From an uncultured virus (IMG/VR IMGVR_UViG_3300023240_000015) (lineage: Duplodnaviria > Heunggongvirae > Uroviricota > Caudoviricetes), in IMG/VR virus record IMGVR_UViG_3300023240_000015: 20,000 nucleotides of DNA, one strand, 5' to 3'. A program made the position numbers and the translations under genes. Under the pieces are notes generated by a model, which saw only the letters and a list, made by a program, of their open reading frames with translations, made no database searches and had not been told where the DNA came from. Shown one piece after another: positions 13,984 through 20,000 of this stretch. Numbering within the stretch: position 1 is the first letter of the stretch; every line of letters starts with the position of its first letter.

Positions 13984-14355
13984 ATGAATCATAGACCTAT
14001 ACAAATCATTTTACCAGAATCTCAAACCGAAATGGTCCTAAGAGACTGTCTAATGGCGTCTTATGATACTAAGGTAGATCAATTAGATTGTTCAAAATCT
14101 GTGGCACGACAAAAGACGGATAAAACCGTAGAAGAAATTTTACAAATGGGGTTGAATTATGATCACACATTGTATAGTTTTATTTATAAGGACATGTCTT
14201 TCCTTCCTCAAGAATATCCCAAAAATCATGATTATTGGGATGTCGGATTATCAACCCTAACATCCGACGTTAGTTATTATCTTTGGATTCGATTATTTGT
14301 TCAAGATGGTTGGGCCATTGCTTCTGAATATGACCTGAAAGAAAGAAAATTTTAG
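13984..14355 (+). CDS. Hypothetical protein
   Basis: 123-aa ORF tightly following the previous gene. Confidence 0.7.
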   Translation: MNHRPIQIILPESQTEMVLRDCLMASYDTKVDQLDCSKSVARQKTDKTVEEILQMGLNYDHTLYSFIYKDMSFLPQEYPKNHDYWDVGLSTLTSDVSYYLWIRLFVQDGWAIASEYDLKERKF

Positions 14356-14360
14356 AATAT

Positions 14361-14451
14361 GGGCGTGTGGTGAAGCTGGCTGAAACACCATCGACTTAAA
14401 ATCGATGACCCAAGTGGTTAAACATCGTGGGTTCGATCCCCACCACGCCCA
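14361..14451 (+). tRNA. tRNA-Leu(TAA)
   Basis: GGGCGTG/CACGCCC, ATCGA-CTTAAAA-TCGAT, long variable arm. Confidence 0.9.
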
Positions 14452-14554
14452 CCCTAGATAAAGGCATTATGTAGTGAAAAAAATGCGACAATTGATGGTT
14501 CTCAAATAGATAGTTGACATATATATAACATGTGTGGTAAAGTAAAAGTTACCA

Positions 14555-15040
14555 ATGAACATATTTCATCTATCCTCTGATCCTAAAGAAGCTGCAAAAT
14601 ATTATGTAGATCGCCATGTAGTTAAAATTATTACCGAAATAAATCAATGTTTGTCATCTGCATATCCCAAAGGCACGGCACCTTATAAATGGACTCACAC
14701 CAATCATCCAATGACAAAGTGGTGTCGGGCATCCAAATCTAACTTTAAATGGTCTATAGAGCACTGTCAGGCTCTATGTGAGGAATATACATATCGGTAC
14801 GGAAAGATCCATAAAGGTGAAGGCGTCCTTGATTGGTATCGGCAAAACGATCCACAAATTGAAAATGTTGAAATGACCGCTGTGCCAAGGTGCTTCGGCA
14901 CCTTCAAGGATTTGATCCCAGAAACTAAAAATCACATTGAAGATTATCGAAATTATTATCGAGTTGGTAAGAAGCATCTTTTTAATTGGAAAAAGCGAGA
15001 AACTCCAGAATGGATACTTGACAAATCTATAAAAGATTGA
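14555..15040 (+). CDS. Pyrimidine-dimer DNA glycosylase / endonuclease V-like protein
   Basis: MNIFHLSSDP..AA....DRHVVKII.E..Q.LS...H.NHP...W...EY..RYGK.H signature. Confidence 0.8.
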   Translation: MNIFHLSSDPKEAAKYYVDRHVVKIITEINQCLSSAYPKGTAPYKWTHTNHPMTKWCRASKSNFKWSIEHCQALCEEYTYRYGKIHKGEGVLDWYRQNDPQIENVEMTAVPRCFGTFKDLIPETKNHIEDYRNYYRVGKKHLFNWKKRETPEWILDKSIKD

Positions 15041-15070
15041 TAATGTCGAGGCATACAAACAATAAATAAT

Positions 15071-15424
15071 ATGAAAAAGGAAAAAACATTAGCCGGTTCT
15101 CGGTTGGGCGATCCAGACGAAGCTCTCAAAAAACACTGCAAAGCTGCGAACCGTTTATTTGATAATTCATTTGCCGTGGAACTGGCGGAAGAAACACGCA
15201 CCAATTACCAAAAACCTGTCGATCTAACTCTTCAAATTGGGCATGGAGATATTCATTTGCTAAAATCTCATTTTATCAAACCTCCGACCGATGAACGTGA
15301 GCGCAAATATATTAATGAGATTAAAAAATTATCAGAGGAAGAACTTTCCATATTTTTAGTTAAATTGGCAGTCCGTCAGGTCGCGGGGGAATACGCAAGA
15401 AGTTTAATTAGTCCTTCTGTATAA
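15071..15424 (+). CDS. Hypothetical protein
   Basis: 117-aa ORF; TTGACA at 15018. Confidence 0.65.
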   Translation: MKKEKTLAGSRLGDPDEALKKHCKAANRLFDNSFAVELAEETRTNYQKPVDLTLQIGHGDIHLLKSHFIKPPTDERERKYINEIKKLSEEELSIFLVKLAVRQVAGEYARSLISPSV

Positions 15425-15426
15425 TT

Positions 15427-15858
15427 ATGAAAATTTCATTCGATTTTGATGATTGTTTGGCTATCCCTCGCAGAACCTCTGGGGACTCATTGGTTTGGGC
15501 TGGTAACAACTATGTAATCGACCTCAACGAGAAGATTAGTAAGGTGATGTCGGAACATATTGCCAAGGGTGATAACGTCCATATCGTATCATTTCGTAAA
15601 TTGGTGGGTAAATTAGAAATGATTCATTTTATCCGAGATCATGACTTAATGGTCCCGATTGATCATATCCATTGCACCCATCACAATCCTAAAAGTGAGA
15701 TTATTAATGAATTAGGAATCGAAATTCATTATGATGATATGATTCAGGTATGTATTGATTTGAATCTTCATTCTAAATGTAAACCGATTCTCGTTTTGCC
15801 AGTGGGAGATGTTGGGAGGAATTCTAGTGCTGACCTTTTTGAACAATTTGTTTATTGA
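15427..15858 (+). CDS. HAD-superfamily hydrolase (capless, phosphatase-like)
   Basis: ISFDFDDCL (DxD), IVSFR, a conserved K and HYDD motifs. Confidence 0.75.
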   Translation: MKISFDFDDCLAIPRRTSGDSLVWAGNNYVIDLNEKISKVMSEHIAKGDNVHIVSFRKLVGKLEMIHFIRDHDLMVPIDHIHCTHHNPKSEIINELGIEIHYDDMIQVCIDLNLHSKCKPILVLPVGDVGRNSSADLFEQFVY

Positions 15859-15864
15859 TATTTT

Positions 15865-15953
15865 GGAACGTAGGCAGATATTGGCTTGCTGCGTAAGTTT
15901 GCTAAATTTATCCACTCGAAAGGGTGGTCAGAGTTCGATCCTCTGGCGTTCCG
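15865..15953 (+). tRNA. tRNA-Ser(GCT)
   Basis: GGAACGT/GCGTTCC, loop TTGCTAA, long variable arm. Confidence 0.85.
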
Positions 15954-15958
15954 CATAT

Positions 15959-16050
15959 GGAGGGTAGGCAAATGTTGGTTTGTTGCGCCAGTTTGGAAAA
16001 CTGGTCTGGTCGAAAGGCCAGCGAGAGTTCAATTCTCTCACTATCCGCCA
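15959..16050 (+). tRNA. tRNA-Ser(GGA)
   Basis: CCAGT-TTGGAAA-ACTGG, long variable arm, GCCA. Confidence 0.85.
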
Positions 16051-16149
16051 ATTTTCAAAATGTTCTAAAATTTGTTTGACAGATCCCCAAATATATACCA
16101 TTATACGTGCATAACTAAGAGGAAAACCCATAGCACATCTAATAAAATT

Positions 16150-16836
16150 ATGTTACTCAATAAAAAAGAATCGAAATTCAAACAATTCCATCGTGTGAAT
16201 GAACGGATCAGCGAATTGTATGATCTTATTCGAAAAGCACCTTACAAACCTCTCGAAAATAAGATTTTCGTTGGGCACTGGAGATTCTTCCAAGTTCGTA
16301 AAGATGTTCTTCGTTCTTCTATCGGTGAACAGGTTCAACAAGTTGTCGATGCCTGTAATCATTGGGTTTTGGGTAAAAAGAACGACGGAAAGAGTTATCG
16401 AACATCTAGTGAAATTATATCTTATGGTCCAGATGCGCTGTCTTATTATGTCGAAGGACAATTACTACGACCCTTGACTCAGGAAAAGTTTGATAAATCC
16501 GGATTTAACCCATCCTTTGAACGTAAATGGTTTAAGGTTAAAAGAAAGACCATTTCTTATGGTAGTAAGAATGTTATTTATAAATATTATTTCCCACAAG
16601 TTTCTGCACACATGCTCGAATGGAAATATAAGGCAGCATATATCACCGAAATAAAAACCCGAGAAGATGATTATGAATCTGAATTGTTTCGCCTAAATAA
16701 TTTCATGGAACAGAACGATGGATGGAAACAACTTCATCGCAACTATCGAGATGAGTGGGATATGTCACTAGATAAAAAAGCCAAACTTTTGAAGATTAAA
16801 GATCTAGAGATTCGAAACTATTCCGAAGATATTTAA
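16150..16836 (+). CDS. Hypothetical protein
   Basis: Long ORF; first ATG at 16150, downstream of a TTGACA element. Confidence 0.7.
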   Translation: MLLNKKESKFKQFHRVNERISELYDLIRKAPYKPLENKIFVGHWRFFQVRKDVLRSSIGEQVQQVVDACNHWVLGKKNDGKSYRTSSEIISYGPDALSYYVEGQLLRPLTQEKFDKSGFNPSFERKWFKVKRKTISYGSKNVIYKYYFPQVSAHMLEWKYKAAYITEIKTREDDYESELFRLNNFMEQNDGWKQLHRNYRDEWDMSLDKKAKLLKIKDLEIRNYSEDI

Positions 16837-17231
16837 CCTTTAAAAAGAGAATCCCATAACTTGAAGGCAATATCAACAACAATTATTAATACACCTCCTA
16901 ATGCGATCCATATTCCTTTAACTCGTAAATTAGACACCTTTTCAACAACATCATCATTTTCGAGGGTATCTATTCGCGAAGTCCTATTTCTTAATTCATC
17001 TTGAATGATTTTTATATCATCTTCTATTGATTTTAAATTCTTGGTGAACGTTTCTTTCCATACAGAATCTAGTGCTAAATTTACTGCCAATTCTCGTTGA
17101 GAATTGGACGAATCAGTCATCATTTCACGGATGAGTTTAGTATGATCAGCAACGTTGGTTAAAACCATCATAGAATGGTCTCTCCACCCACGTTCAACAT
17201 ATTCTTGGGTTTTGATAATATCGTCAACCAT
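16833..17231 (-). CDS. Coiled-coil protein with a C-terminal TM helix (XhlA/holin-like architecture)
   Basis: Heptad-like region followed by GIWIALGGVLIIVVDIAF. Confidence 0.6.
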   Translation of the reverse strand: MVDDIIKTQEYVERGWRDHSMMVLTNVADHTKLIREMMTDSSNSQRELAVNLALDSVWKETFTKNLKSIEDDIKIIQDELRNRTSRIDTLENDDVVEKVSNLRVKGIWIALGGVLIIVVDIAFKLWDSLFKG

Positions 17232-17237
17232 TATATT

Positions 17238-18149
17238 TTAGACTGCGGTATTTGAACGAGTTAGATTACGAAATGGGGTTCTACCAAATCCTCTTGGAGA
17301 GGTTCGGTCCCATATATAAATATTGTTATCAACCATTTCGGTGACATCTTTAGATATTCCGATGTAGTTAATAACATGATTACCTTCTAATATGGGGGAA
17401 AGTATTAGATGGTTGTAATATACAACACTTTCTTTTGTTAAATTTTTCAATAAAACATCACAACCATCTCCGGTTTCAAATGCTTTATTCATTGTGTTAA
17501 GAGCTTCTTGATCTACATCACCACCTTGTAAAATTGATCTATTTTGACCGACTAATTCTTTTGAGCTATAACCAGAAATTCTACAAAAAGATTCATTAAC
17601 ATATAAGATATTATGTTCAGGAGATGATGCTTCGGTAATAATGATACCGTCTCTGGTCAGAGCAACGGCTTTTTGGATAAGAGAAGTATTAAAAAAATTG
17701 TCGAAATTAAAATCGGTGACATCCGTAGCAACTCCTACGGTGTTATCATGGTTAAAATCATGGACCGAAAATCTCCATGCTAACTTTGCATATTCACCAT
17801 TTTTCTTCTTCCATCGATTGATAAAATGATTTAGACGATCAAATTGTATGTCATTTCCTTCTAAAATAGATGACCATACAATTTCGGTCTTTTGAACATC
17901 ATCAGGATGAATGAACTCCCATACTTTTTTACCTATCATTTCATCGTTTGTATATCCCAGAATTTTTCCGGTTGATTGTGACAATCTCAAAATTTCACCA
18001 TCTCGGTTAACAAATACGATCATATCAGGAGACGCCGAAAATAACAGTGATAATTGATTTTCTACTTTTATTAAATTTTGAGATAATTTTTCCAAGTCAT
18101 TCTGACGAAGTTCTACTTTCGTTAATAATTCCTCTAAATTTTCTCGCAC
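17238..18149 (-). CDS. Tandem PAS-domain protein without an output domain
   Basis: PAS1 ILGYTNDEMIGKKVWEFIHPDD; PAS2 ILYVNESFCRISGYSSKELVGQNRSILQG...KDVTE. Confidence 0.85.
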   Translation of the reverse strand: MRENLEELLTKVELRQNDLEKLSQNLIKVENQLSLLFSASPDMIVFVNRDGEILRLSQSTGKILGYTNDEMIGKKVWEFIHPDDVQKTEIVWSSILEGNDIQFDRLNHFINRWKKKNGEYAKLAWRFSVHDFNHDNTVGVATDVTDFNFDNFFNTSLIQKAVALTRDGIIITEASSPEHNILYVNESFCRISGYSSKELVGQNRSILQGGDVDQEALNTMNKAFETGDGCDVLLKNLTKESVVYYNHLILSPILEGNHVINYIGISKDVTEMVDNNIYIWDRTSPRGFGRTPFRNLTRSNTAV

Positions 18150-18168
18150 GGAAATACTTACTTATTTC

Positions 18169-18196
18169 TTGACATTTTTTCGTAGGATATTATAAT
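18169..18196 (+). promoter_or_regulatory. Sigma70-type promoter
   Basis: TTGACA-16 nt-TATAAT, ending 9 nt before ATG 18206. Confidence 0.65.
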
Positions 18197-18205
18197 TGGC
18201 TAATT

Positions 18206-18832
18206 ATGAGCAAAGCATTAAACATACATGTCTTAGTATTGAACAAATCTTGGAAACCAATAGGACATACAACGGTAAAGGATGCACTTGAAGATATGAA
18301 CTCATCTAAATACCCTAAAAAGGCACTAAAGATCGAATATATGAAAGATGATCAAGGAAATTTTGATTTTTCTGCCCCAACCGAGGTTATTCCTTTGTCT
18401 TGGAAAGAATGGGCTACCTTATCACCTAGAGAATTCGATGAAGATTCTATCCGAACGGTTTCTTTGGATGTCAGACTTCCTACGGTTATCATTGTGGGTT
18501 CTAATTATAATAAAATGCCCGTCAAGACGTTCCGAGCAACAAAGAGAAATATCTATAACCATTATGGAGGAAAGTGTATATGGACGGGTGACGTGGTTCC
18601 TTATAAAAGTGCTACCATAGAGCATATGCACCCAAGAAGTCGTGGTGGTGAAAACACTTGGGAGAATTTGGCTATTTCGTCCCCAGAATTAAATAGAAAA
18701 AAGGCTGATAGAACACCCGAAGAGTTTGGTATTATTCCTAAATACCAACTTAATAAACCGAAACCAGTTCCAGCACATATTTTGATCAAATCGGCAATTT
18801 GTGTGGATTGGAACATGTTTTTGAAGTTTTAA
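18206..18832 (+). CDS. HNH endonuclease family protein
   Basis: VLVLNKSWKPI N-terminus; TIEHMHPRSRGGENTWENL......N..KADRTP. Confidence 0.85.
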   Translation: MSKALNIHVLVLNKSWKPIGHTTVKDALEDMNSSKYPKKALKIEYMKDDQGNFDFSAPTEVIPLSWKEWATLSPREFDEDSIRTVSLDVRLPTVIIVGSNYNKMPVKTFRATKRNIYNHYGGKCIWTGDVVPYKSATIEHMHPRSRGGENTWENLAISSPELNRKKADRTPEEFGIIPKYQLNKPKPVPAHILIKSAICVDWNMFLKF

Positions 18833-18976
18833 ATTGTGTGGAGAATTGAGATCCAAGAAATTTTTAGATTGGTTATATAAAGATTCTACGGTGTTTTTAG
18901 ATAGAAAATCTGAGAAAAATTATTTTAAAAAAGAAAGTTCTCGACATTGTTTACAATTCTGATATAGATATATAAT

Positions 18977-19708
18977 ATGAGAACGACTTTCAAAAATATA
19001 TCGATTATTCTTATCGGAGATACACATTCATTAAAACTGGTTAATCTTTTCGAAAAAAAAATCCCAGAAGACTTTCAAGATTGTGTCTTTCTACATTGTG
19101 GTGATGCGGGTGAAGGGTTCCACCATCCCATTAAAGAAAGACATCTAATACGTAAATTATATGAATATATGACCAAAATCAATTCTTATTTAATAATTTG
19201 TCGAGGGAACCATAGTAATCCCATATTTTTCCATCAAAATCATTGGGCTAATCGAGAATTTGGTGAAAGAGTTTATTTTTCACCGGATTATTCAATATAC
19301 GATATTAATGACAAACGTATTCAGATAATCGGTGGTGGTATCTCTATCGACCGATCTGAACGAATTATTGGTAAATCTTGGTGGGAAAACGAAGAAGTGG
19401 TCTTTGAACCTGAACGAATCGAGAAGGTTGATATCTTAATGACGCACATTGGCCCTACAAACTGTGGATTATCTAAAGCCGAGACAAACTCTATGGTTAT
19501 GCACTATCACGGTGTAGAGGCCATGCAGGGTGGTGATCTATTAGGTGAATTGATTCACGAAATGGAACTGGTTCAGCACATGTCTGATTTATCAGAATGT
19601 CAGTCTCATTATTTCGGTCACTATCATCAAAGTCATTACGTTTTCGATTCTCATAATAATAGAGTTTATCGGTGCTTAGATATCGATGAATTTAAACAGA
19701 TTAAATAA
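18977..19708 (+). CDS. Calcineurin-like metallophosphoesterase
   Basis: GDTH, CGD, RGNH, TH and FGHYH motifs. Confidence 0.9.
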   Translation: MRTTFKNISIILIGDTHSLKLVNLFEKKIPEDFQDCVFLHCGDAGEGFHHPIKERHLIRKLYEYMTKINSYLIICRGNHSNPIFFHQNHWANREFGERVYFSPDYSIYDINDKRIQIIGGGISIDRSERIIGKSWWENEEVVFEPERIEKVDILMTHIGPTNCGLSKAETNSMVMHYHGVEAMQGGDLLGELIHEMELVQHMSDLSECQSHYFGHYHQSHYVFDSHNNRVYRCLDIDEFKQIK

Positions 19709-19752
19709 TTTGACTTAATCAAAAAAACTGGTATGATAAATATCAATCAATA

Positions 19753-19791
19753 AAGATGCAGACAGCAATCAAAATGGAAAAAACGCATCTT
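19753..19791 (+). ncRNA. CAGCAATCAA hairpin motif, copy 2
   Basis: AAGATGC-AGACAGCAATCAA...AAAAAAC-GCATCTT. Confidence 0.7.
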
Positions 19792-19826
19792 GACAATTTA
19801 ATAAAAATCTATAACATAACAATATA

Positions 19827-19874
19827 AAGGTGCTTGCAGCAATCAACTTATCTTAATGAAAAAACCAGCATCTT
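19827..19874 (+). ncRNA. CAGCAATCAA hairpin motif, copy 3
   Basis: AAGGTGCT-TGCAGCAATCAA...AAAAAACC-AGCATCTT. Confidence 0.7.
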
Positions 19875-19900
19875 GACCAATCAAGACCAATCAAGACCAA
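19875..19900 (+). repeat. 10-bp tandem repeat GACCAATCAA x2.6
   Basis: gaccaatcaa gaccaatcaa gaccaa. Confidence 0.85.
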
Positions 19901-19908
19901 ATAAAAAT

Positions 19909-20000
19909 ATGAACTCACTAATCAACTCTATCGAAAAGAACCAAAATTTCACTCTAACCGAGAATGGTGCCTTTACTCACAAGTCTACTTTGAGTAATCT
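19909..20000 (+). CDS. N-terminus of a DUF2828-like (TROVE/vWA-related) protein
   Basis: MNSLINSIEKNQNFTLTENGAFTHKSTLSN; TENG....ST start motif; only 30 aa visible. Confidence 0.6.
   Translation, partial: MNSLINSIEKNQNFTLTENGAFTHKSTLSN

Noticed and set aside
19875..19900. CRISPR array
   Set aside because: A 10-bp tandem repeat without spacers.

Overview
AT-rich window that reads as part of a large (jumbo-type) bacteriophage genome. A roughly 10 kb RNA-gene cluster on the + strand (about 4.9-16.05 kb) holds about 30 tRNA genes covering 19 amino acids (no intact Lys seen), many degenerate or tRNA-like RNAs, and several unexplained structured RNAs. Intact and decayed homing-type endonucleases are interspersed. 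The flanks encode a nucleotidyltransferase, two metallophosphoesterases, a HAD hydrolase, a DenV-like glycosylase, an HNH protein, a tandem-PAS protein and the start of a DUF2828-like gene. Most notable: (1) a 29-codon leader using 19 of 20 amino acids, coupled to an overlapping antiterminator/terminator in front of the cluster; (2) an RNA carrying the 23S rRNA L11-binding (H43/H44) sequence split by two insertions; (3) two 79-nt Arg tRNA-like RNAs with a shared non-canonical fold; (4) an fMet-type tRNA with a palindrome inserted in its anticodon; (5) a three-copy CAGCAATCAA hairpin linking the cluster to the DUF2828-like gene. All calls were made by eye; no database search or folding program was run.
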